DNA from: Chloroherpetonaceae bacterium
Lineage (GTDB): Bacteria > Bacteroidota > Chlorobiia > Chlorobiales > Thermochlorobacteraceae
NCBI GenBank assembly: GCA_025055975.1
Contig: JANWWM010000016.1
Location: 78,159 to 142,158 of the forward strand
Direction: 5' to 3'
DNA length: 64,000 nucleotides
The notes beneath the pieces are model-generated. The model was given only the letters and a program-made list of their open reading frames with translations. It was not told the origin of the DNA and did not search any database. A program made the translations under genes and the position numbers. Positions 19,108 to 28,291 of the stretch are shown here, in pieces. Every line of letters begins with the position of its first letter. The first letter of the stretch is position 1.

Positions 19108-20310
19108 TCATCGTCGATTTTGGAGCGCCACCCAATTTCTGCGGAAGTCCTCGACCTCCGCGTCGGCGAAGCCGTAGATTTGTTGCAGGCGTTCAATCGC
19201 GCCGACGTTTGGGTCGTTGCGTCCGTCGAGGCGGTAGAGTTGCGCCGTCGCGGAGTTGCCGCTCAAAAAGAGATGCGATTGCGCGTTTGCGGTTCGGTCG
19301 AAGGGAGCGCGAAGCAGCGCGAGCAATTCATCGATTTGCGCGTCGGTGATTTTGCGCTGCGACGCGGGAACGGCTTTCCAACCCGAAAGGAATCCGATGG
19401 CTTCGCCGTAAGCGTGCATCGCGCTCGTAACGGTCGAATCGTTGCGGGTCGTTGCGGTCAATCCCGCAAGCGTCGAGTGGCAGTAGTTGATGACAGTGGC
19501 GGCGAGAGCCTTTTCCCAATTGAGTTTGAAATCGGCGAGGGCTTGGTCGCGTTGCTGATTGAACGCCGAGCCTGCTTTGACGGCGGCTTTCGCCGTGATG
19601 AGATTGCGCTTGATTTTGGCGTAAAGGCTGTTGGCGTTGGCGCTGTCGCTGCGTCGGGCGGCGTATTGCGCGCTGAAGCGGTCGCGGTTCGGGTCGCTGT
19701 TGCGCTCATTGTTGCCGAAGCCAGGCTTTGCGCCGTAGATTTCCACGAGCCTATCGATCGTCGCCGTCGTGATGTTGCCTGAATTGATGAGCGCAACGGC
19801 GTGGTTATACATTGCGGCGGCGAAAAGTCCTTTCTCCACGACTTGCTCCATTTCCAAGACGTTTTCGTCGTAGAGATACCCCGTTCTGCCGCCCGTCGTG
19901 GTCGGGATTACGCCGCCGTCGCCCGTTGGCGCGTTTTCCCAAGCGTATCGCGCGCCCTTGCCGCTGGCGCGAGCAAGCTCAACCAAAGCCGTGTCGACTT
20001 TGGCTCGGTAACTTGCGCCCGTTACGCTTTGAAGCGTCGTGCCGTTGTATAAGGCGCGAAGCGACGCGAGCGAAACGGTCGAATCCATGTGCCTGCCGAC
20101 TTGCATCTGGCGCGTGAGCGCGGAAAGTTGCGCGCGCACTTGCGACTCGGTTGCGACGTTTGCGGCGTATCCCGTTGAATCGTAGAACGACGGAATTTGA
20201 AGCTCAGGCTTTGGCTCGGAAACTTTCTCGTCTTCCTTGCACGACGCGAACGCCAAGAGCGCGAGCGCGAAAAGCGCGGAAACTTGAAGCGAAGTTTTCA
20301 TCTTTTTCAT
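19108..20310 (-). CDS. DUF4856-like (imelysin-neighbourhood) lipoprotein
   Basis: The start was taken at MKKMKTS. Lipobox LAFASC. Blocks LEMEQVVEKGLFAAAMYNHA, YAARRSD...LYAKIKRNL and HAYGEAIGFLSG resemble DUF4856. The family assignment comes from memory of the pattern only. Confidence 0.55.
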   Translation of the reverse strand: MKKMKTSLQVSALFALALLAFASCKEDEKVSEPKPELQIPSFYDSTGYAANVATESQVRAQLSALTRQMQVGRHMDSTVSLASLRALYNGTTLQSVTGASYRAKVDTALVELARASGKGARYAWENAPTGDGGVIPTTTGGRTGYLYDENVLEMEQVVEKGLFAAAMYNHAVALINSGNITTATIDRLVEIYGAKPGFGNNERNSDPNRDRFSAQYAARRSDSANANSLYAKIKRNLITAKAAVKAGSAFNQQRDQALADFKLNWEKALAATVINYCHSTLAGLTATTRNDSTVTSAMHAYGEAIGFLSGWKAVPASQRKITDAQIDELLALLRAPFDRTANAQSHLFLSGNSATAQLYRLDGRNDPNVGAIERLQQIYGFADAEVEDFRRNWVALQNRR

Positions 20311-20391
20311 TTGCGTCAATGTATTTAAGTTATTTAGACTTAATCTAAAATAATACAAAAAACCCGTTTCCGCAAAATCGTCGAAAGCGAA

Positions 20392-20413
20392 AAGCCCGCT
20401 CGGCAGCGGGCTT
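20392..20413 (-). terminator. hairpin terminator after rpmA
   Basis: On the minus strand: aagcccgc-tgccga-gcgggctt, followed by TTTCGCTTTCG. Confidence 0.5.
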
Positions 20414-20439
20414 GAACTCAAAAGGGCTTGTGAAATTGG

Positions 20440-20697
20440 CTACGCGACGGGTTCGATGTGAACGGACTTCTTGTCGTTTTTGCCCGTCTTGAAGACGACC
20501 TTGCCGTCTTTGAGCGCGAAGATGGTGTAGTCTCTGCCGATTCCCGCGTTTTTGCCGGGCAGATAAACCGTCCCGCGTTGGCGCACGATGATGGAGCCTG
20601 CGCGGACGATTTCGCCGCCGAAGACTTTTACGCCGAGATATTTCGGATTGCTGTCGCGTCCGTTTTTCGTTGAGCCTGCGCCTTTTTTGTGTGCCAT
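20440..20697 (-). CDS. rpmA: 50S ribosomal protein L27
   Basis: [24 protein letters not shown]..., 85 aa from the internal Met of the longer ORF. Confidence 0.95.
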   Translation of the reverse strand: MAHKKGAGSTKNGRDSNPKYLGVKVFGGEIVRAGSIIVRQRGTVYLPGKNAGIGRDYTIFALKDGKVVFKTGKNDKKSVHIEPVA

Positions 20698-20744
20698 TGT
20701 TAAGTCTCCTTCAAAAAAATTTGCGCGAGTTTGAAAAGCCGTCG

Positions 20745-21041
20745 TTACGCGACGGAAAGAATTTCCAGATGCGTGTAACCTTGGCGATGCCCTTTGGTGC
20801 GACGATAACGCTTGCGACGTTTTTTCTTGAACACCAAGATTTTCTCTCCCTTGACGTGCGCGAGCACTTTTGCGGTAACGGCGACCTTTGGCGCAAGGGT
20901 TGCGGTCGTCCCGTCGGTCGTGAGCAGGACTTTGTCGTAGGTGATCGTTTCGCCTTCGCTGGCTTTTTGCGTGGGCACGAAGATTTTGTCGCCCGCGCTC
21001 ACGAGAAACTGTTTGTCGGAAATTTCTACGAGAGCCTTCAT
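20745..21041 (-). CDS. rplU: 50S ribosomal protein L21
   Basis: [22 protein letters not shown]...[16 protein letters not shown], 98 aa, immediately upstream of rpmA. Confidence 0.95.
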   Translation of the reverse strand: MKALVEISDKQFLVSAGDKIFVPTQKASEGETITYDKVLLTTDGTTATLAPKVAVTAKVLAHVKGEKILVFKKKRRKRYRRTKGHRQGYTHLEILSVA

Positions 21042-21248
21042 CGCTGTTGGTCGTTGCCGTTTTTCCAAAAAAGAGCCGCAAATATACGGGCTTTTCGGAA
21101 AACTCCAAACCAGAACGCGCTGGCGCTCGTTTTCGCTCTCGCTTCGCGCCGTTTGGCAAGTCGAGCGGCGTTTCATAGATTCGTTCCGCACGCCAATTTG
21201 AAGACCGCGCAAACTCCGTTTCCATCAACGACCAATCGTCTCTTGCAA

Positions 21249-21695
21249 ATGAAAACGATTCTTTCGCATCGTCGCCACTTGGATTTTTGCGAAGTCTCCG
21301 AAAACGTCGTTCGCGTGCCGCTTTTCTCTTCGATGGTGCAAGCGGGAACGGCGGCTTGGGCGGACGAGCACATCGATACCTACTTCGCGCTCGACGCTTC
21401 GCTCGTCAAGCGTTCCAAAGGCGTTTTTTGCGTGAAAGTTTCGGGCGACTCGATGATCAACGCGGGGATTTCGCCGGGCGACATTCTCATCGTCGATTCG
21501 CTCGAAAGAAACGTCGAGAACAGAATCGTCATCGCGTCCATTGATGGCGGCACGACCGTCAAACGCCTTGTTCGGCATGGCAACAAAGTTTATCTCGTTC
21601 CCGCCAATCCGAATTATCAAAGCGTCGAAATCAAACCCGAAATGAATTTTCGCGTTTTGGGCGTGGTAACGCACGTGATTCGTGAGACCGCATAG
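21249..21695 (+). CDS. S24-family peptidase, UmuD-like (no HTH domain)
   Basis: 148 aa. Ala-Gly self-cleavage context MVQAGTAAW, Ser nucleophile [11 protein letters not shown], and general-base Lys TTVKRLV. Confidence 0.75.
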   Translation: MKTILSHRRHLDFCEVSENVVRVPLFSSMVQAGTAAWADEHIDTYFALDASLVKRSKGVFCVKVSGDSMINAGISPGDILIVDSLERNVENRIVIASIDGGTTVKRLVRHGNKVYLVPANPNYQSVEIKPEMNFRVLGVVTHVIRETA

Positions 21696-21805
21696 GCGCG
21701 TTCAAAACGCTTGCGCTTTTCGGCTGGGCGCGGATTTGGTTTGAGAATTGCGATGGCGAGGCGTAAATTCGTTCAGCGAGCCTTCGAATCCAAAATGAAC
21801 GCCGC

Positions 21806-22642
21806 ATGAACGCGCTTGAAGTTGAACGCCGCTCTCGCCAAGAATCCGCGACGCTTCCCATTCAACCCGATCGCTTCGAGCGAGAAAAGCCATCGACGCT
21901 ATGGCTTCCCGCGCTTTACTCGATCGCGTTTTGGTGGGTTTCGACGGGCATCATCATTTATTTCAATTTTCAGCCGCGATTTTACGGCGTCGCGTTCTGG
22001 TCGTCGTTTGCGCTGGCGCTCGCGTCGGGGGTTGCGCTGTTTCGTTTGAGAAACGTCGCAACGGTTCAAAGCGCGTATTTGAGCTTCACCGCCGCTTCTT
22101 TGGTTTGGGCTTTCGTGGAGGTGAGTTTCTACACGGGCTACGTGGTCGGACCCGCCGTGCGTCCGATTTTCAGCGTAGGTCCGTCGTGGATTAGTTTTTT
22201 CAAAGCCGTTCATCGCAGTCTGTATCACGAGGCGTTGGTGCTTGGGATTGCGGCGGCGATGGGCTTTTTGTTTTGGAACGCGAAAAACAAGTTTGGCTTA
22301 TACGCCTTCCTGCTTTTTTGGCTGATGCATCAATCGGCGAAGCTCAACATTTTTCTTGGCGTGATGAACACGGGACGCGAGTTCGTTCCCGATTCGGTCG
22401 CCGACATCACGACCTATATGACGATTGCGCGCATCAATTGGCTTTTTCCGATTTCCGTCACGGTTTGCGCGATTCTTTCCTATCGATTGATTCAGCTGGC
22501 GTTCTCGGCGCAAGAGGCGTGGCGCAAGGCGGGGTATATGCTGACGGGAATGATGGCGGTTTTGGCGTGGCTGGAGCACTGGCTACTCGTTCTGCCGCTC
22601 AATCAATCGCTTTGGGACATCGTGATTCGGCGACTGCATTGA
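21806..22642 (+). CDS. DUF3623 / PuhE-like polytopic membrane protein
   Basis: Blocks FWWVSTGIIIY, AYLSFTAASLVWAFVEVSFYTGYVVGP, HQSAKLNIFLGV and LAWLEHWLLVLPL resemble the 'putative photosynthetic complex assembly protein 2' family. The pattern is recalled, not searched. Confidence 0.5.
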   Translation: MNALEVERRSRQESATLPIQPDRFEREKPSTLWLPALYSIAFWWVSTGIIIYFNFQPRFYGVAFWSSFALALASGVALFRLRNVATVQSAYLSFTAASLVWAFVEVSFYTGYVVGPAVRPIFSVGPSWISFFKAVHRSLYHEALVLGIAAAMGFLFWNAKNKFGLYAFLLFWLMHQSAKLNIFLGVMNTGREFVPDSVADITTYMTIARINWLFPISVTVCAILSYRLIQLAFSAQEAWRKAGYMLTGMMAVLAWLEHWLLVLPLNQSLWDIVIRRLH

Positions 22643-22716
22643 CCCTTGTTCCCAAACGATGTTGCGCGCTTCATTTTGCTCTTCGCCTTCAAAACGGCGC
22701 GACGCTTCGCATCCGT

Positions 22717-23811
22717 TCATTGCGGTTGCAAGAGTTCTTCTTTAAGTTTGGCGAACTGCGGCTTGATGACGTTGTAAATCAAATCCACGCGCTCGTTGTA
22801 GGAAATGAAGGCGCTTTTCATCGCGTTGATGGACAGGCGTTCCAAGTCTTCTATCGTTAGTCCGAAGAACTCGTGCGCGATGCGATACTCGTTGGTCATT
22901 GAGGTGTTGCTCATCAATCGGTTGTCGGTGTTGAGCGTTACGCGGAACTTGTTTTTGAAGAAGATGCCGAATGGGTGTTCGGCAAACGATTTCGCCGCGC
23001 CCGTGTGGATGTTCGAGGAGAGGCAGATTTCGAGCGGGATTCGCTTGTCGAGCACGTATTGCGAGAGCGAGTTCATTTTGATGACTTCGCCGTTGAGCAC
23101 CGCCATATCATCGATGAGGCGCGTGGCGTGTCCGATGCGATGCGCGCCGCACCATTGAATCGCTTGCCAGATGGATTCTTTGCCGAAGCCTTCGCCCGCG
23201 TGAATGGTGATGTTGAAGTTGGCGCGTTGGCAGAAGTGAAACGCCTCGATGTGCTTTTTGGGCGGATAGCCGCCTTCTTCGCCCGCAAGGTCGAAGCCCA
23301 CCACGCCGCGATCGCGGAAGTCGACGGCGAGATTCGCCATGTCTTCGGAATGCTGTCCGTCCAAGTGTCGCATCGCGCAAATGATGAGCCGCGCTTTTAC
23401 GCCAAAGTCCCTCTCGCCGCGCTCCAAGCCGCGCAAGACGCTTTTGACGATTTCTTCCCAATGCAATCCTTTTTCCGTGTGAAAGACGGGCGCGAAACGA
23501 ATTTCCACGTAACACACGCCGTCTTGCTTCATATCCTCGACCATTTCGTAGGCGACGCGCTCCAACGCTTCGGGCGTTTGCATCACGGCGCAGGTGTGGG
23601 CGAAGCCTTCAAGATATTCGGCGAGCGAACCGCGACTTGCGCCTCTGAAAAACCACTGCGCCAAATCGTGCGGGTCGGTCGTCGGCAATTTGTCGTAGCC
23701 TTGTTCTTTGGCGAGTTCAATGATGGTCGTCGGACGCAAGCCGCCGTCCAAGTGCTCGTGCAACAGCACTTTCGGCATCTCGCGCAATTGTTGTTCGGAC
23801 AGTTTGAGCAT
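22717..23811 (-). CDS. add: adenosine deaminase
   Basis: PKVLLHEHLDGGLRP, ITIHAGE, SLNTDN and other adenosine deaminase signature blocks. Confidence 0.9.
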   Translation of the reverse strand: MLKLSEQQLREMPKVLLHEHLDGGLRPTTIIELAKEQGYDKLPTTDPHDLAQWFFRGASRGSLAEYLEGFAHTCAVMQTPEALERVAYEMVEDMKQDGVCYVEIRFAPVFHTEKGLHWEEIVKSVLRGLERGERDFGVKARLIICAMRHLDGQHSEDMANLAVDFRDRGVVGFDLAGEEGGYPPKKHIEAFHFCQRANFNITIHAGEGFGKESIWQAIQWCGAHRIGHATRLIDDMAVLNGEVIKMNSLSQYVLDKRIPLEICLSSNIHTGAAKSFAEHPFGIFFKNKFRVTLNTDNRLMSNTSMTNEYRIAHEFFGLTIEDLERLSINAMKSAFISYNERVDLIYNVIKPQFAKLKEELLQPQ

Positions 23812-23823
23812 CGTTTGTTCGCG

Positions 23824-24261
23824 TTATGACGTGTGGTCGTGAATGATTTTCCAGCCGCTTGTCGTTCTTTGAAAAATCAAGGTGAAATAGCCGCCCGCGT
23901 TTCCGCCTTCCGATTCGCGTCGTTTCAGCGTCCATTTTCCAATCACGATGGCGAAATCTTCCGAGAGCATTCGAACATCGAGCTCGCCAAACGAGAGCTC
24001 GCCCATTTTTTCTTTCGTTGGATACGCGGCGAGATATCGCGCCAACACGTTTCGATAGCCTTTGACAACGCCCTTGGCGGACACGAAGCGCGTCGAGTCC
24101 GACTCTTGATAGCCTTGCATAAACCGCGCGACGTCGCCTTCGTTCCACGCGCGCGCTTGCGCGTTCAGAACATCAATGATGCGTTCTTTGGGTGAGTCTT
24201 GCGCCGAAGCGGAGGGCGATGAGAACAAAATCAACGAAATCAAAACGCCACGAGCGATCAT
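23824..24261 (-). CDS. secreted SnoaL-like / DUF4440 (NTF2-fold) protein
   Basis: The start was taken at MIARGVL (signal peptide). IDVLNAQARAWNEGDVARFMQGY...GWKIIHDHTS is the pattern of an NTF2-like fold. Confidence 0.55.
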   Translation of the reverse strand: MIARGVLISLILFSSPSASAQDSPKERIIDVLNAQARAWNEGDVARFMQGYQESDSTRFVSAKGVVKGYRNVLARYLAAYPTKEKMGELSFGELDVRMLSEDFAIVIGKWTLKRRESEGGNAGGYFTLIFQRTTSGWKIIHDHTS

Positions 24262-24439
24262 GAGTTTAACTTTTGAGAAGATACGCAACGGCGCGCAGAT
24301 TGCGAAGCGACGCAACGCCGACGCCTCGCTCGCGGAACGTTTTTGCGCGAAACGAAATTGCGCTAACGCTTTGCAAGGCTCGTCTCCGACGACTTAACTT
24401 GCATGCGTTCATTGGAAACTCAATCCATCATTCGTCAAT

Positions 24440-25048
24440 ATGTTCGTCAAATTCAGTCTCATCGGATTGCTCATCGGCTCGGTCGTGAGCGGCGCATCGA
24501 CCGAAGAAACCTCCATTGAGGTTGGAAAACCCGCGCCGCAATTTTCGCTCAAAAACGTCGACGGCAAAGACGTGAGCCTTTCGGAGTTCAAAGGCAAAAT
24601 CGTCGTGTTGGAATGGACGAACCCTGGCTGTCCCTTCGTCGTCGGGCACTACAAGAACGGCAATATGCCGAAACTGCAGAAGGAACTCGCCGAAAAAGGC
24701 GTGATTTGGTTGGCGATTAACTCCACGAACAAAAATCACAAGGATTACCTTTCGCCGTCGGAGTTCAAAGCGCAAATGTCGGAATGGAAAGCCAACGCGA
24801 CGCACTACTTGCTCGACGAAGACGGCAAGGTCGGAAAGATGTATGACGCGAAAACCACGCCGCACATGTTCGTCATCGATAAGAACGGCAACCTCGCGTA
24901 TATGGGCGCGATTGATGACGACCGATCGACAAACGGCGGCAAGGACGCGAAAGTGAACTACGTGCGCAAAGCCGTCGAGGAACTTCTTTCAGGCAAGGAA
25001 GTCTCTGAAAAGGTTACGAAGCAATACGGCTGCAGCGTGAAGTATTGA
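24440..25048 (+). CDS. secreted thioredoxin-fold redoxin (AhpC/TSA-TlpA-like)
   Basis: Signal peptide; GKPAPQFSLKNVDGKDVSLSEFKGKIVVLEWTNPGCPFV. Confidence 0.7.
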   Translation: MFVKFSLIGLLIGSVVSGASTEETSIEVGKPAPQFSLKNVDGKDVSLSEFKGKIVVLEWTNPGCPFVVGHYKNGNMPKLQKELAEKGVIWLAINSTNKNHKDYLSPSEFKAQMSEWKANATHYLLDEDGKVGKMYDAKTTPHMFVIDKNGNLAYMGAIDDDRSTNGGKDAKVNYVRKAVEELLSGKEVSEKVTKQYGCSVKY

Positions 25049-25070
25049 GACCGCTTCACGAGAAACGACA

Positions 25071-25096
25071 AACGCCGCAAACCAGCGGCGTTTTTT
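25071..25096 (+). terminator. rho-independent terminator after the redoxin gene
   Basis: aacgccgc-aaacca-gcggcgtt followed by a T run (ttttttg). Confidence 0.6.
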
Positions 25097-25139
25097 GCTT
25101 GACGGCTTCCCTTCCCGTTTTTAAGAATTCGCTTGGCGT

Positions 25140-25532
<393 letters not shown>

Positions 25533-25566
25533 TTAAATTGTTCCTGCAACTTCAATTTGCTCAACG

Positions 25567-25764
25567 ATGAACGACGCGGAAACGATCATCAAAGAAAAAG
25601 CGCTCAAGGCCATCAGCGCTCTGCCGAATGACGCAAGCTACGACGACATTATGGAGCAGATTCTTTTTTTAAGCAAGGTTGAATCGGCTTTGAAAGAACG
25701 CGCGCAAGGCAAGTTTTTGACGCAGGAAGAAGTTGAGACCCGCCTCAAACGCAAATGGCTTTGA
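25567..25764 (+). CDS. small antitoxin-like protein (orphan)
   Basis: 65 aa. LPNDASYDDIMEQILFLSKVESALKERAQGKFLTQEEVETRLKRKWL resembles small antitoxins that normally precede RelE/ParE-type toxins. No intact toxin follows. Confidence 0.35.
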   Translation: MNDAETIIKEKALKAISALPNDASYDDIMEQILFLSKVESALKERAQGKFLTQEEVETRLKRKWL

Positions 25765-25822
25765 CAAAGTCGTTTTCGCTTCGCGGCAATGATAAGGAGC
25801 CGATGCGAATTTTGACCGCGTC

Positions 25823-25864
25823 GTCATTCCGAGCGAAGCGAGGAATCCATAGCGATTGCGAATC
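25823..25864. repeat. palindromic repeat unit plus GATTGCGAATC box
   Basis: gtcattccgagcgaagcgaggaatcc (ATTCC-N12-GGAAT) is followed 5 nt later by gattgcgaatc. The same two motifs recur at 37158-37313 and 40716-40899. Confidence 0.7.
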
Positions 25865-25941
25865 GATTTTATTCTCGCTCCGCGCTTCTCGATTTTCGCT
25901 TCGCTGATTAAAATTTCATTTCCCGTCAGGTCATCAACTCT

Positions 25942-28056
25942 ATGCCAACATCAAACGCCAAACCTTTCAAACGCACGCTCGTTACCACCGCTCTGCCCTA
26001 TGCCAACGGTCCGCTTCATCTCGGACATCTCACGGGCACATACATTCCCGCTGACATTTTCGTCCGCTACAAACGCTTGCGAGGCGAAGACATCATTCAC
26101 ATCGGCGGCAGCGATGAACACGGCGTTCCCATCACGATTCAAGCCGACAAAGAAGGCGTTTCGCCGAAAGACATCGTCGACCGCTATCACGCCTTGCACA
26201 AAGCCGTGCTTGAAAAACTCTGCATTGACATCGACAACTTCTCGCGCACGTCGCTGCCGATTCATCATCAAACCACGCAAGAGTTTTTTCTCGACTTCGA
26301 GCGACGCGGCATTCTCACGAAAAAACTTGAACGGCAATTCTTTGACGAAGCGAAACAGCAATTTCTGCCCGACCGCTATGTCGTGGGCGAGTGTCCCGTT
26401 TGCCACTATCCCGAAGCCAACGGCGACCAATGCGAAAACTGCGGCACGTATCTTTCCGCCACTGAACTCATCAACCCGAAAAGCAAACTCTCTGGCAACG
26501 CGCCGATTCTCAAAGAAACGCTCCATTGGTATTTCCCGCTCGGCAAGTATCAAGACTTTTTGGAAGACCTCATTTCAAGGCACGAGCGCGATTGGCGACC
26601 GAATGTCGTGAACTATGCGCGCACGTGGCTCAAACAAGGCTTGGGCGATAGAGCCATCACCCGCGATTTGAGTTGGGGCGTGCCCGTCCCACTGGATTCC
26701 GATGAAGCCAAAGGCAAAGTGATTTACGTGTGGTTCGATGCCGTCTTGGGTTACATCTCTTCCACGAAAGAATGGGCGGAGAAACAGGGACAGCCCGAAA
26801 AGTGGCGCGAGTATTGGCAACGGAGCGATACGAGATTGATTCATTTCATCGGCAAAGACAACGTCGTTTTTCACGCGATTATGTTCCCTGCGATGCTCAA
26901 AGCGTGGAACGACGGCAATCCCGACGCGCAGTATGTCATCGTCGATAACGTGCCCGCTTCCGAATTCATCAACATCGAGGGCAAGAAGTTTTCAAAGTCG
27001 CGCGGCTACGCGATTTACGCGCACGAATTTTTGGAGAAATTTCCCGCAGACGCATTGCGCTACATTCTCGCCGCGAATTATCCCGAAAACCGCGACAGCG
27101 ATTTCAGTTGGAAAGATTTTCAAAATCGCGTCAATGGCGAACTCGCCGATACGCTTGGCAACTTCGTCAAGCGCGCCGTTGATTTTGCGAACTCAAAGTT
27201 CGATGCCGCCGTGCCTGCGGATTGCTCGCTTGACGATTGGAACAGCGTTGGAATCGATTGGCAGAAAACGTTTGACGAGTTGGAATCGGCGTTTGAAGGC
27301 TTCCACATTCGTGAAGCGGCGTTTCAAGCGATGGAGGTGGCGCGCATTGCGAACAAATTTCTTACTGACGCGGAGCCTTGGAAAACCTACAAGAGCGACC
27401 GCGAGCGCTCCGCCAAAGCGATTGCGATTTCGCTCAATCTCTGCCATAGCCTCGCCATCATCTTCTCGCCGATTTTGCCCGACGCTTGCGACAAAATTTT
27501 CAAGATGCTGAACGTCGCGGAGCGCAACTGGGACAACGCCAAACAGCCGAAACTTCAAGCGGGACATAGGCTTTCGGGCAGTTCCGAAGCGTTGTTCAAA
27601 AAAATCGAGGACAAAGACATCGCGCCCGAATTGGAGAAGATTGAGCGGCTGGTGCGAGAGTTCGCCGAGAAAGAGCAAGCAAAAGCGCAAGCGGAAGCGC
27701 AAAACAAGACTTCCATTCCCGACATCAAGCCAACGATTACGATTGAGGATTTCGAGAAACTTGATTTGCGCGTCGCCACCGTGATTGCCGCCGAGAAAGT
27801 CCCTCGCGCCGACAAACTCTTGAAACTCACGCTGAAACTTGGCGACGAAGAGCGCGTGATTCTTTCAGGGATTGCGGAGCATTACGCGCCCGAAGCGATG
27901 ATTGGCAAGAACGTGATTGTGGTGGCAAACCTTGCGCCTCGCAAAATGCGCGGCATCGAGTCGCAAGGAATGCTTTTAGCCGTAACGGGTTTGGACGGCA
28001 AGGTTTATGTGGTTGAGCCACTGGGCGACGGCATCAACGGAATGCCCGTGAAGTAG
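25942..28056 (+). CDS. metG: methionine--tRNA ligase
   Basis: TTALPYANGPLHLGHL (HIGH), Zn knuckle CPVCHYPEANGDQCENCG, KFSKS (KMSKS), and a C-terminal tRNA-binding (EMAP/Trbp111-like) domain. Confidence 0.95.
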   Translation: MPTSNAKPFKRTLVTTALPYANGPLHLGHLTGTYIPADIFVRYKRLRGEDIIHIGGSDEHGVPITIQADKEGVSPKDIVDRYHALHKAVLEKLCIDIDNFSRTSLPIHHQTTQEFFLDFERRGILTKKLERQFFDEAKQQFLPDRYVVGECPVCHYPEANGDQCENCGTYLSATELINPKSKLSGNAPILKETLHWYFPLGKYQDFLEDLISRHERDWRPNVVNYARTWLKQGLGDRAITRDLSWGVPVPLDSDEAKGKVIYVWFDAVLGYISSTKEWAEKQGQPEKWREYWQRSDTRLIHFIGKDNVVFHAIMFPAMLKAWNDGNPDAQYVIVDNVPASEFINIEGKKFSKSRGYAIYAHEFLEKFPADALRYILAANYPENRDSDFSWKDFQNRVNGELADTLGNFVKRAVDFANSKFDAAVPADCSLDDWNSVGIDWQKTFDELESAFEGFHIREAAFQAMEVARIANKFLTDAEPWKTYKSDRERSAKAIAISLNLCHSLAIIFSPILPDACDKIFKMLNVAERNWDNAKQPKLQAGHRLSGSSEALFKKIEDKDIAPELEKIERLVREFAEKEQAKAQAEAQNKTSIPDIKPTITIEDFEKLDLRVATVIAAEKVPRADKLLKLTLKLGDEERVILSGIAEHYAPEAMIGKNVIVVANLAPRKMRGIESQGMLLAVTGLDGKVYVVEPLGDGINGMPVK

Positions 28057-28118
28057 CAATAGGGCAACTATCTTGACGCTTATTATCTTCGCTTCTCAAT
28101 GCAAATTCCACTCAAACG

Positions 28119-28259
28119 ATGAAAACGATACAAGTTGAAATTCTCAACCCCAAAGCCACAAAACTTTTGAAGGACTTGGCGGACTTGAACTTGATTGCGA
28201 TTAAAGACGCTTCGCAGAGCGGTTTTGCCCGCGCTTTAAGAAAATTGCGCTCACGGTGA
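28119..28259 (+). CDS. 46-aa small ORF (hypothetical)
   Basis: It is too short for the supplied ORF track. It runs from ATG to TGA and reads MKTIQVEILNPKATKLLKDLADLNLIAIKDASQSGFARALRKLRSR. It resembles a small family I recall from Bacteroidetes-type genomes. Confidence 0.3.
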   Translation: MKTIQVEILNPKATKLLKDLADLNLIAIKDASQSGFARALRKLRSR

Positions 28260-28291
28260 AATTTAGATTCCTAATTATTGAAGAGTTTGTC

